Notes under the pieces: model-generated | Databases searched by the model: none | Seen by the model: only the letters and a program-made list of their open reading frames with translations | Told to the model about the DNA's origin: nothing | Made by a program: the position numbers and the translations under genes | NCBI GenBank assembly: GCA_046350905.1 | Contig: JAXLZN010000005.1 | Span: forward strand, 1-59,589 | DNA length: 59,589 nucleotides | Source: Candidatus Anderseniibacteriota bacterium | GTDB taxonomy: Bacteria > Patescibacteriota > JAUYIX01 | Reading direction: 5' to 3' | Shown here: one piece after another, positions 32,798-42,361 of the stretch | Layout: each line of letters begins with the position of its first letter | How positions within the stretch are numbered: position 1 is the stretch's first letter

Positions 32798-33378
32798 TGG
32801 AATTTCTTATGACCACGCACCATCCCCTGATCCGAGCTGCGCGAACCACCGCTGCTGTGCTGGCGGTGGCGGCTGTTGCGTGCGCGCTCCCAACGCGTGC
32901 GCACGAAGGGCAGCACATCAAGGACGTCTTTGCCTTTACGAGCCAGGAGGACAGCGACCGGCTGGTGCTCACCTTGACGCTCGACGACGCGGCTACGTTC
33001 GATGACCACGCCCTGTACGAGTTCAAGATCGACAGCAACGCCGACGGCGTCGAAGACAAGGTCGTGCAGGCCACGTTTGCCGGCAGCGGCCAGGACCAAA
33101 CCGTTACGATCCACGGACCTGCGGTGCCGGAGGTTACCGGCGGCCACGGCAAGGTCCTCCGGGGCGCAACCTTGAGCGGCAACGTCTCGCTGGCCGACAA
33201 CCCAGAGGTGCTGGCGCAGCCGGGCTACCCCGTGCGCGCGTTTGCGGGGTTGCGTGACGACCCCAGCGACAAAACTGGGCGCAACGTTTTGGCAATCGTA
33301 GTCGAAGTCCGCAAGGACGCCGTGGTCGCCGAAGGTGTCTCGACCGTCGACGTGTGGGCAACCATCAGCACGCCATGA
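32797..33378 (+). CDS. DUF4331-like secreted protein (short form)
   Basis: Signal peptide then IKDVFAF...RLVLTL...YEFKIDSNADG...RAFAGLRDDP...NVLAIVVEV. Start 32797 or 32809. Confidence 0.7.
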   Translation: MEFLMTTHHPLIRAARTTAAVLAVAAVACALPTRAHEGQHIKDVFAFTSQEDSDRLVLTLTLDDAATFDDHALYEFKIDSNADGVEDKVVQATFAGSGQDQTVTIHGPAVPEVTGGHGKVLRGATLSGNVSLADNPEVLAQPGYPVRAFAGLRDDPSDKTGRNVLAIVVEVRKDAVVAEGVSTVDVWATISTP

Positions 33379-33615
33379 AGCCACGCGCTTTTTCTGGACT
33401 GTCGTCGCGTTCGTAGCCGTGGCAATCGTCACCGTCGCATTTGTATTTTTCCGCAACCCCAGCACCACGTACACCGAGGTCAGCCGGAGCAGCACGTTGC
33501 GGTTCCCGAGCGGGCGTTCGCTCCCGGCCGCGCACGGACAACGACGCCACTGCTGGCGTGATCCTCCCCTACCTCGCCACGCCGCACGCACGCTAGCGGA
33601 CCGCCGGGCTCGGCG

Positions 33616-34239
33616 CTACTGCACCGAGAAGTTGAGCGTGTCTGACTCTTTGCCGCCGATCAAAACCTTGGCGGAGTAGTCGCCGACGTCGCCGGGGTTG
33701 GTCGCAAAGAAGTACGCCACGCTCTGCCCCTTGTCGACCTTGGTCGAGTAGTCCGAGAGCTTGCTCGAACCCTTGAACCACTCCACCCCTACCTCGGTAT
33801 CAGCGGGAATGTCCTCACGGAGGGTGATCACCACGTAGAAGCGGTCGTCCTTTTTGCTGAAGGTCGAGGTCTCGTCGACCGGGTGCGCCTGGTCGTCGAC
33901 GTTCTTGGCCAGGACTGCGTCCACAAAGTACGGGCTGGCGTTGGCAGCCTTCTCGGTTTGGTTGGTGACCTCGCTGGTGATGCTGTCGAGGTTGCTGGTC
34001 TGGTTGTTGACGGCCGTCTCGCTGGAGGCGTTCGTCACGTTGGCCGCGTTGGAGGTCGCATTCTCGTTGGACACGTTGGCGGTGTTTGTGTTGGTGCCCT
34101 GTTTGCCGTGGCCGACGTCGATCACGCCGAGCACCCACAGCACTGCGACCGCCAGCAGCATGGCGACGATGCCGACGAGCAGGCCGAGCCAAAAAGCTCT
34201 GCCGCGACCGGGAGTTTGCACGACGGTGAAGTCTGTCAC
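33616..34239 (-). CDS. Single-TM protein with Asn/Thr linker and C-terminal Ig-like domain (207 aa)
   Basis: Clean ORF; GTG lies 6 nt after TACCCT. Confidence 0.75.
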   Translation of the reverse strand: MTDFTVVQTPGRGRAFWLGLLVGIVAMLLAVAVLWVLGVIDVGHGKQGTNTNTANVSNENATSNAANVTNASSETAVNNQTSNLDSITSEVTNQTEKAANASPYFVDAVLAKNVDDQAHPVDETSTFSKKDDRFYVVITLREDIPADTEVGVEWFKGSSKLSDYSTKVDKGQSVAYFFATNPGDVGDYSAKVLIGGKESDTLNFSVQ

Positions 34240-34294
34240 GCCACCAGGGTACCATTCCTCGATTTTTTCGCGCTACGGGTGCATAGTTCCGCCC

Positions 34295-35368
34295 ATGCAC
34301 ACCAACACCTTGCTCGGACGCCTCTTTGGCGTCACCGCCGTAGTAGGTTCGCTCATCGTCGGCGTTGGCCCGCTGCCCGCCCTCGCCGGCAGCACGGACC
34401 AGCCGCTCACCCGTCTCTCGGGTACCGACGCCATCACCACGGCGGTTGCCATCAACCAGAACCAGTTCCCGGACGGGTCAGCTGACCACGTCGTGATCGC
34501 AACGATTATGGACTACGCGGACGCGCTGACCGCAACGGTCTTTGCGGCTCGTAAGAGTGCACCGATGTACCCGACTACGCCGCTGGGCTTGCGCGACTCG
34601 GTCAAGAACGACATTGCCCGCGTCCTCAAAGTCGACAGTGGTGACAAGGACGTCTTTGTCATCGGTGGGCGAACCGCGCTGCCCGACATCATCGAGACGC
34701 AGCTCAAGGCCCTCCGCAGCGACATCGACGTCGAGCGTATCGAAGCCCCCGACCGGGCTGCGACCGCTGCAGCGATCGCCCGTAAGATGGACACGATCGT
34801 TGGGCAGGGGCCCGACAACGCCTTTGTCCTCAACGGCTGGAACTACCCTGACGCTGGGGCGGCCGGCGCCATCGGCGGCAACAAGAAGATCTCGGCGACC
34901 AACTTCCCGATTCTGTTGACCCGTTCGCTCACGCTGCCGGCGCCGACGCTGCAGTACCTGCAGGACAACGCCGCGACGCTCGACAACGTTTACGTAGTTG
35001 GCGGCCCGCTCGGCGTGTCCGACGCGGTCTTCAACCAGATCAAGGCGATCGTGCCGGGCACGATCCGGCTCGCTGGCTTCAACCGCCTCTCGACCGCCAT
35101 CGCGGTTGACCGGCAGTTCCAGCCCGCCCCCGACAAGGTCTGCGTGGTGCGCGGCTACGACTTCCGCGACCTGCTCGTTGGCGGGGTGCACGCCGCGCTC
35201 AACGACTGCCCGCTCGTGCTGGTCCACCCACTCCTGCCGCCCAATCCGGACGTCGCGAGCTACCTGACCGCCAACGCTGCGACGATCAAGGGTGGCTTTG
35301 TGTACGGCGGCACGCTCTCAGTGCCGGACAACGTCAAGACCGCGATCGAGGACCTCTACATGATGTAG
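34295..35368 (+). CDS. Cell wall-binding repeat 2 (CWB2) protein
   Basis: Signal peptide; RLSGTDAITTAVAI, DYADALTA, RIEAPDRAATAAAIA, NYPDA, RLAGFNRLSTAIAV, DFRDLL: three CWB2 repeats. ATG at 34295 lies 7 nt after CATAGT. Confidence 0.85.
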   Translation: MHTNTLLGRLFGVTAVVGSLIVGVGPLPALAGSTDQPLTRLSGTDAITTAVAINQNQFPDGSADHVVIATIMDYADALTATVFAARKSAPMYPTTPLGLRDSVKNDIARVLKVDSGDKDVFVIGGRTALPDIIETQLKALRSDIDVERIEAPDRAATAAAIARKMDTIVGQGPDNAFVLNGWNYPDAGAAGAIGGNKKISATNFPILLTRSLTLPAPTLQYLQDNAATLDNVYVVGGPLGVSDAVFNQIKAIVPGTIRLAGFNRLSTAIAVDRQFQPAPDKVCVVRGYDFRDLLVGGVHAALNDCPLVLVHPLLPPNPDVASYLTANAATIKGGFVYGGTLSVPDNVKTAIEDLYMM

Positions 35369-35406
35369 CTGTAGCTGAGCGCTCTGGCGCGAATCAGGCT
35401 ACATAG

Positions 35407-35435
35407 AAAACGAGCCCTGGACGGGGCTCGTTTTT
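35407..35435. terminator. Bidirectional terminator
   Basis: AAAACGAGCCC-TGGAC-GGGGCTCGTTTTT between convergent genes. Confidence 0.8.
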
Positions 35436-36291
35436 ACTTCCAGGCGCAGGGCTTGGGGTTGTCGGGCTGGCCGTCGGGGGCTTTGAGCTTGCAGGTGTAG
35501 TCGTACGTATAGGTGGTCGAGGTGCCGCCGGACCGAACCACCACCTGTACGCCCTTCCCACGGTCAGTAAAGACGGGCTCCCCCGCCAACGTACCGTGCG
35601 CCACGAACGGCTTGTGGCTGCTTGGGTCGTGTGCGTTCCAGGGGTTCTCTTTTTGACCAGCCCGAAAGTTGTAGGTGTGCAGCTCGAGCGCCGTGCCGTG
35701 CCGTAGCACGACGAGCAGCGACTCTCCGAGCAGCCGCGCAAACGCCACATCGCCGTGGAGGCCTGCGCTGCCCGGCCCGAACTGCTTGTCCCACTGCGCC
35801 TGGCCGGCGTCGACCTTGAAGCCGAGTACCTCGACGCCCGACTCGCGTCCGCCGTGCTGCAGAACGACTGCTACGTTGCGTGCGGAGGTAGAAAACAGCA
35901 CCCGACTGATCGGGTCGCCCAGGTCCCCGTCGAGCGGGCGCGAGAGGTGTTCGCCGTTGACGCAGTCGTAGGTCTCGGCGGTGGTGCGCGTCTCGACCAA
36001 GGCCTGCTGTGCACCAAAAAAACCTTCGACGCGCGCGTCGGGGAGCGCTACCTCGTGCTGCTCGAGGTGCCCGTGCACTTTTCTCGTCACGCTGAAGGAG
36101 CGCTCCCCGAGGTGGTACGTGCAGCGCGCGCTACGGTCGGGTGTGGTTTGCCCGAGCCCCTCACGTCGGTCAAGCAGAAACTGCTGAAAGTCAAGCGTAC
36201 GACCCTGCGCGACGAGGTACCAGCCTAGGCCACCCGCCACGAGCAGGGTGGCAAGGCTGAGGAGTAGCGAGGTTTGCGCGGCGAGCTTCAT
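35434..36291 (-). CDS. Membrane-anchored hypothetical protein (285 aa)
   Basis: N-terminal TM, beta-rich domain; ATG lies 7 nt after TAGCCT. Confidence 0.7.
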   Translation of the reverse strand: MKLAAQTSLLLSLATLLVAGGLGWYLVAQGRTLDFQQFLLDRREGLGQTTPDRSARCTYHLGERSFSVTRKVHGHLEQHEVALPDARVEGFFGAQQALVETRTTAETYDCVNGEHLSRPLDGDLGDPISRVLFSTSARNVAVVLQHGGRESGVEVLGFKVDAGQAQWDKQFGPGSAGLHGDVAFARLLGESLLVVLRHGTALELHTYNFRAGQKENPWNAHDPSSHKPFVAHGTLAGEPVFTDRGKGVQVVVRSGGTSTTYTYDYTCKLKAPDGQPDNPKPCAWK

Positions 36292-36301
36292 CGCCCCGAG
36301 G

Positions 36302-36641
36302 CTACGCGGGCGTCAGCTGCTTGGCAACGCGGCAACGCAAAGTGTCGCGGGCGCCGGGGAAGATCCCAGGCGCCCTGCGGTCCGTAGTCCTACGAGACTG
36401 GGGCGGGTGGTACGAGCGACGGGGCTAGCGTCGGGCGAGTCCTACCATTTTTTCGCCCCGGACGTTGGGCGAACCCGTTGACTCGAATGTAGAGCTCGTT
36501 GAGACGTCCAGCTGCATCGAAGAGAACATCTGCGGTAGCTTTGGGGCCACCCTTGAGCCCATCCTTGAGCGCTGCTGCGATGCTCTCCGTTTCGCCGCTA
36601 ACCAGGTTTTGAAGGGTCTCCCACTCAGTTGGTCGTTCCAT
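36302..36641 (-). CDS. Hypothetical protein, probably frameshifted near 36400-36450
   Basis: GAGGAGG RBS before ATG 36641; an alternative frame continues GIFPGARDTLRCRVAKQLTPA to TAG at 36302-36304. Confidence 0.4.
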
Positions 36642-36913
36642 GCTGCCTCCTCACTAGGCTGCGGGCACGATCGCACGGGTGTGGGTGCAGTTCAAGTCCG
36701 TAAGAAACGCGTAAGCAAAAGCTCGCAGAGACTTTATCCGGCTCCGCGCAAGCTACCAGCACTCCTGCGTTCGTCCCGCCGTGGCATGCGGCCAGGGTGC
36801 GAACAGCACGGGGAAGTCACCGTCAACTCGTCCCTGGGTGTGGACGCCGCGCACGATCAGCGCGGGTCAGCCTGCGCCCAGGGCGGCGAGACGCTGCGGG
36901 AGCGAGAGGCTGG

Positions 36914-37633
36914 CTAGACGCCCGGCTCGCGAACGTCGATGTGCTTGATCTTGTCGCCCTGCTTGACGCGGTTGGCCACGTCGAGGCCGGAGAGCACCCG
37001 ACCAAACACCGTGTGACGGCCGTTGAGGTGCGGCTGGTCCTTGGTCGTGACAATGAAGAACTGCGAGCCGTTGGTGTTGGGCCCCGAGTTGGCCATGGCC
37101 AGCACGCCGACCGCCACCGGCTTGGACGGCAGGTTGGTGTCGTAGCGGTAGCCCTGCGCCTCGAGGTCCTTGATCTCAGCGTCGGAGAGCCCCTGCGCCG
37201 TTGGGTTGATCTCGTCGGCAAACTTGTAGCCCGGACCACCCTGCCCGTCGTTGCTCGGGTCGTCGTCCTTGGAGTTGGGGTCGCCTCCCTGAATCATAAA
37301 GTCTGCAATGACGCGGTGAAACGTTGTGCCGTCGTAGAAGTTCTGGCTGGCAAGCTTGATGAAGTTCTCGACCGTCTTGGGCGCGGCGGCGCGGTCAAGC
37401 TCAACCGTGATGTCGCCGGCGTCGGTGCTGATGACAGCGGTGGTCGCCTTCGAACGCGGGCGGGTTGGAGTCCACCTCACCAGCATTGAACACGTACAGC
37501 CGGAGCGCAAGCGCGCCGCCGAGCAGCAGCACGAGCGTGAGCGGTACGACGAACGCCGCCGCGTAGTGCGCTGTGCCTCGATTCCACCCGCGCGCCTGCG
37601 GCGCTCCTGCTTGGCTAGCCGTTCTCGTCCCAT
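36914..37633 (-). CDS. Cyclophilin-type peptidyl-prolyl isomerase with N-terminal TM (indels in 5' part)
   Basis: [57 protein letters not shown]. Confidence 0.93.
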   Translation of the reverse strand: MGRERLAKQERRRRAGGIEAQRTTRRRSSYRSRSCCCSAARLRSGCTCSMLVRWTPTRPRSKATTAVISTDAGDITVELDRAAAPKTVENFIKLASQNFYDGTTFHRVIADFMIQGGDPNSKDDDPSNDGQGGPGYKFADEINPTAQGLSDAEIKDLEAQGYRYDTNLPSKPVAVGVLAMANSGPNTNGSQFFIVTTKDQPHLNGRHTVFGRVLSGLDVANRVKQGDKIKHIDVREPGV

Positions 37634-37644
37634 GCTGGCGGATA

Positions 37645-39129
37645 CTACAGCGAGGGCTTGCGGGTGTGCCAGTCCGTCACCTGCTGGAAGGCGTGGCCCA
37701 CCTAAGAGCGTCTCCTCGTTGAGGTCCGCGGTCACGAGCTGCATCCTGATCGGCAGCGCCCGCAGCGGCGAACCCGCAGGGCAGCGACAGGGCCGGTACC
37801 CCGCCACGTTGATCGCCACGGTCATGACGTCGTTGAGGTACATGGCGAGCGGGTCCTGCTCTTTTTCGCCGATCTTGAAGGCCGGCGTCGGCGTGGTGGG
37901 CGTGACGAGGACGTCGACCTCCTTGAACGCTTCAAAAAGTCGCGGCGCACGAGCGTACGCACCTTGAGCGCCTTGCGGTAGTACTGGTCGTAGTAGCCCT
38001 CGAGAGCGCGTAGGTGCCGAGCATGATGCGGCGCGTGACTTCGTGCCCAAAACCCTGCGCGCGCGTGGTGCTGTACACCTCGGCGAGGGTTTTGCCGGCG
38101 CCAGCCTCACGCGCAACCGAGGCGCCGTAGCGGATTCCGTCGTAGCGTGCGAGATTCGCGCTGGCCTCGCATGGCAGCAGGACGTAGTAGGTCGGCAGGG
38201 CGTAGGGCGAGTGCGGGAGGGTCACGTCGGTGACGGTCGCACCCAGTTTTTTGAGCTCAGCCACACCCGCCCGCACGGCCGCATTGACCTCGGGATCGAG
38301 ACCTTCGCCAAAGTACTCGCGCGGGAGACCGATGCTGATGCCCTGCAGGGGCTTGCCGTCGGTCGGCTGGGCGAGCTGCTCGGCGTACCCTGGGGCGAAC
38401 TCGGTTGTGCAGGTGGCGTCGTTGGGATCGGCACCGGCGATGTGCTCGAGCAGGAGCGCCGCGTCTTCGACCGTCTTGGTGAGCGTGCCGACCACGTCGA
38501 GCGACGAGGCGAGCGCGAGCAAGCCGTAGCGCGAGACGCGGCCGTAAGTCGGCTTGAGGCCGACCGTGCCGGTCAGCCCGGCCGGCTGCCGCACCGAGCC
38601 ACCCGTGTCCGAACCGAGCGCAGCCGTGCACATGTCGGCCGCTACGGCCGCGGCGCTGCCGCCCGACGAGCCACCCGGTACGCGCGTGAGGTCCCAGGGT
38701 TCTTGGTGACCTGGAAGGCCGAGTGCTCCGTGGACGAACCCATCGCAAACTCGTCGAGGTTGGTCTTACCGACAAAGACGCAGCCAGCTGCGCGCAACGC
38801 GCGACCGCGGTGGCGTCGTAGGGCGAGACGTAGCCCTTGAGAATCTTGCTCGCCGCCGTCGTCTCGGTGCCGTGGACGTTGAAGTTGTCCTTGACCGCGA
38901 TCGGGATACCAGCCAGCGGCGAGAGCTTGTCGCCGGCGGCGCGGCGCGCATCAATGTCTTTTGCCTGGCGCCGCGCCGCCGCGTCGTCCGTGCCTGCAGC
39001 AGCGACGCGCGGTTCGACCGCGTGGCGTTGCGCGAGTACGTCCTCGAGCAGCTCGCTCGCAGAAAACGCCTTGTCGCGCATGCCGCGCGCGGCGTCGGTC
39101 AGGCTCAGGCTGGCGAGTCGGTTGGCCAC
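37645..39129 (-). CDS. gatA: Glu/Asp-tRNA amidotransferase subunit A (several frameshifts)
   Basis: [74 protein letters not shown]. Confidence 0.95.
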
Positions 39130-39146
39130 GGTCGTACACTCCTGGC

Positions 39147-39432
39147 CTACGAAAACGCCGGGCACCTTGAGCTCGCCGTCTTCGCGCGCAGGCGCGCCCG
39201 CAAAAAATCTTCGCGTTCGAGCCCCGGCCGAGGTGTGTCGGGCCGCAGGACGTTGGTCTCGACCCGTGACCTGGGCAGTCTCGGGCGTGTCGGCGGTGTC
39301 GACCTCCCCGAGCTGCGAAACAAACTCCAGAACCTTGGCGAGCTCCCGGGTAAAGCGCTCCTGCTCAGCCACTGACAGGTTGAGGCGGGCGAGCGCAGCC
39401 ACGTGCTGGACGTCTTTGCGGGTAATTGACAC
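39147..39432 (-). CDS. gatC: Amidotransferase subunit C (frameshifted)
   Basis: [15 protein letters not shown]...[10 protein letters not shown]...TAQVTG; directly upstream of gatA. Confidence 0.9.
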
Positions 39433-39613
39433 GGCGCCCATGCTACCACGCTTGACACGGCGACACTGCTGCGGCCACCTTCGCGGCGCCCCTCGGGCCG
39501 CTCGCGCAGTTCCCCCCTGCAACGAGCGCCTCCCCGACACGCGAGCAACGACCTAGCACCGAGGACCTCGTCCTCCCCTTCCCGGCCAGCGGGCTCACCC
39601 TCTCTGGCCGGCC

Positions 39614-40255
39614 TTACCGTTGCGCAGGCACGCTCGTGCCACGCGCGTGCCGTTCGCGCCGCTGGTGCACAAAAAAGCGCACGATCCAGGCCACGATGCC
39701 GAGCCCGATGACCACCGCGATTGCAATGTCGATGCCGTGGAAGCGCTCACGGATCACGTCGTAGTTCTGACCGAACTTGAGTCCGAGCCAGACAAAGAGC
39801 ACCGACCAGATAAATCCACCTGCGGTGGTGTAGGTAATGAAGCGCCCGAACGGCATGCGCGCGATCCCCGCCGGCAGCGAGATGAAGGTGCGCACCACCG
39901 GCACAAAGCGCGAGAAGAAGGCAATAGCCGCACCGAAGCGCGCAAAGAGCTTGTCGGCGAGCTCGAGGTCGCGGTGCGTGATAAAGACAAACCGACCGTA
40001 CCGTTGCACAAAGGGCCGGCCGCCGCGGTAGCCGAGCCAGTACGAGAACGCGGCCCCGAGCGAGTAGCCCAGCGTCCCGACGATCACCGCCGGCCAAAAC
40101 GCGAGCTGGCCAGTCGAGACGAGGTAGCCCGCAAAGGCGAGCGAGAGCTCCGACGGGATGGGGATGTTGGCCGCATCGGCCGCGAGCAGGACCGCCAACC
40201 CGACGTAGCCCGCCGACGAGATAAAGTTGACCAACGCAGCGAGGAGACTGTTCAT
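39614..40255 (-). CDS. DedA family membrane protein
   Basis: PIPSELSLAFAG, YWLGYRGG, FFSRFVPVVRTFISLPAG. Confidence 0.95.
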   Translation of the reverse strand: MNSLLAALVNFISSAGYVGLAVLLAADAANIPIPSELSLAFAGYLVSTGQLAFWPAVIVGTLGYSLGAAFSYWLGYRGGRPFVQRYGRFVFITHRDLELADKLFARFGAAIAFFSRFVPVVRTFISLPAGIARMPFGRFITYTTAGGFIWSVLFVWLGLKFGQNYDVIRERFHGIDIAIAVVIGLGIVAWIVRFFVHQRRERHARGTSVPAQR

Positions 40256-42321
40256 GACCCGAGGAGCTTACGGAACGCTGCCTCATCCAGCAACTTGATC
40301 CCCAGCTTTTCAGCCTTGCGCAGCTTGGAGCCGGGTTCCTCCCCCACCACGACGTAGTCGGTCTCAGCCGACACGCTGCTCGCCACGTGCCCGCCCCGGT
40401 CGAGGATTTTCTGCTTGGCTACCTCGCGCGAGTACCCGTCGAGCGTGCCCGTCAGCACAAACGTCTTGCCCGTGAGCTTGCTGCTCACGCGCTTGGGCAG
40501 CGTCACGGTCACACCCGCCTTTTCTAGCTTACGCAGCATGGAGCGAACGCCCTTGGACTTGAACCCCTCGTGCAGGCTCTGCGCCACCACGCTGCCGATG
40601 CCCTCGACCTTCTGCCAATCTTCGAGCGAGAGCGAGCCGAGCAGGTTGGCAACGTCGGCGAGCGATGGCTGGGCCGTACGTTCCTTGTGCCAGCGGTCAA
40701 CTACAAAGCGCGCCACATCAAACGCCGTCTCACCGCCGACGTGCCGGATGCCGAGGCCGTAGAGTAGCCGCGCCAGTTCGATCGTTTTTTTGGCCTGGAT
40801 AGCACCGAAGGCGCGCTTGGCTGCAATCGGGCCAAAGCCTGGCAAGCTCTCGAGGTCGCCGACCTCCAGCGCAAAGATGTCAGCCGCGTCGGTGATGAGC
40901 TCCGCATCAAACAGCTTGTCGACCAGCTTGGGCCCAACGTAGTAGATGTCGAACGCCACGATCATGTGGATGACCTTTTCGCGGTCGACCGCAAAGCAGG
41001 TCGGGTTGGCGCAGTAGTGTGCGGCCTCGCCTTCACGTCGTACCACCTTGCCGCCGCACATCGGGCAGGTCGTCGGCATGCGCCAGGGTTTGGCGCTGCG
41101 CGGCCGCAGCTTGGTCAGGACGCGCACAACCTCGGGGATGATGTCCCCCGCTTTGCGTAGGATGACCGTATCGCCGATACGCAGGTCGAGCCGTTTGACC
41201 TCGTCCTCGTTGTGCATCGCCGCGCGCGAGACCGTCGTGCCAGCGATTTTGACCGGGTCCATGATGGCGATCGGCGTGAGCGCACCGGTTCGTCCAATCG
41301 AGACCTCCACAGCGCGAACCACCGTCGTGGCCTCCTCCGCTGGGAACTTGTAGGCCTCAGCTCCGCGCGGTGCCTTACCCACCACCCCGAGCTCGCGGAA
41401 CGTGGCGAGGTCGCTAACCTGCACGACCGCACCGTCGGTCCAGTACTTCAGCTTTTTACGCTGCGAGTCCCACGTCGCTAAAAACTTCTCTACGTCAGCA
41501 AGTGAGCCGGCGGCTGTACTGTTGGGTTCGACCGGAAAGCCGAGCAGCTTGGCCGCTCCGTGGAGCTGCTCGTGCGTCTCGAGGCCGAGGTCGGTCAAAA
41601 TGTTGAATACAAAAATCGAGAGGTGCCGACTCGCCGTGATCGTGGGGTCGAGCTGCCGGATCGAACCCGCCGCCGTGTTGCGCGGGTTGGCGTAGGTCGG
41701 CTTGCCGAGCTTTTCCTGCTCGCGGTTGACGCGTTCAAACTCCTTAGTCGGAAAGTAGATCTCGCCCTGCACGTAGACGTCGCGCGGCAGCTTCTTCTTA
41801 AATTTTTTCTCGTACGCCGCGAGGTCCAGCTCGAGCGGAATCGCGTCGATGGTCTTGAGGTTGGCCGTCACGTCCTCGCCGATCGAACCATCGCCGCGGG
41901 TCGCCCCGCTCACAAACACGCCGTCGCGGTAGCGCAGCACGATGTCGATCCCGTCGATCTTGAGCTCGCAGAAGTACTCCGGTCGGCTCTTGGGCAGCAG
42001 CTTCTTGATGCGCTCCTCCCACTCGGCAAGGTCCTCACCTGAAAAAGCATCGTTGAGTGACAAGATTCGGGTGGGGTGGGCCACCTTGGTGAACTGCGGC
42101 AACGGCTTGCCCGCTACGCGCTGCGTCGGCGATGTGGCCGTGACCAGGTCAGGGTAGGCCTGCTCGAGATCAAAGAGCTCCTTCTTGAGCGAGTCGAGCG
42201 CTGCCTCCGACATGGTCGACCGGTCGAGCACGTGCACGTTGTAACGCTCCTGCGAGATCACCTCGCGGAGCTTCTTCACGCGCGCTGCGGCTTGTGTTTT
42301 GGGCGGAAATTTTGTCGCCAT
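40252..42321 (-). CDS. ligA: NAD-dependent DNA ligase
   Basis: ELKIDG, ATRGDG, NPRNTAAGSIRQ, Zn finger CPMCG...CANPTC, HhH, BRCT. Confidence 0.98.
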   Translation of the reverse strand: MATKFPPKTQAAARVKKLREVISQERYNVHVLDRSTMSEAALDSLKKELFDLEQAYPDLVTATSPTQRVAGKPLPQFTKVAHPTRILSLNDAFSGEDLAEWEERIKKLLPKSRPEYFCELKIDGIDIVLRYRDGVFVSGATRGDGSIGEDVTANLKTIDAIPLELDLAAYEKKFKKKLPRDVYVQGEIYFPTKEFERVNREQEKLGKPTYANPRNTAAGSIRQLDPTITASRHLSIFVFNILTDLGLETHEQLHGAAKLLGFPVEPNSTAAGSLADVEKFLATWDSQRKKLKYWTDGAVVQVSDLATFRELGVVGKAPRGAEAYKFPAEEATTVVRAVEVSIGRTGALTPIAIMDPVKIAGTTVSRAAMHNEDEVKRLDLRIGDTVILRKAGDIIPEVVRVLTKLRPRSAKPWRMPTTCPMCGGKVVRREGEAAHYCANPTCFAVDREKVIHMIVAFDIYYVGPKLVDKLFDAELITDAADIFALEVGDLESLPGFGPIAAKRAFGAIQAKKTIELARLLYGLGIRHVGGETAFDVARFVVDRWHKERTAQPSLADVANLLGSLSLEDWQKVEGIGSVVAQSLHEGFKSKGVRSMLRKLEKAGVTVTLPKRVSSKLTGKTFVLTGTLDGYSREVAKQKILDRGGHVASSVSAETDYVVVGEEPGSKLRKAEKLGIKLLDEAAFRKLLGS

Positions 42322-42361
42322 GTCCGACCGATCCTACCCGTACCGGGGCGAACGATCAATG

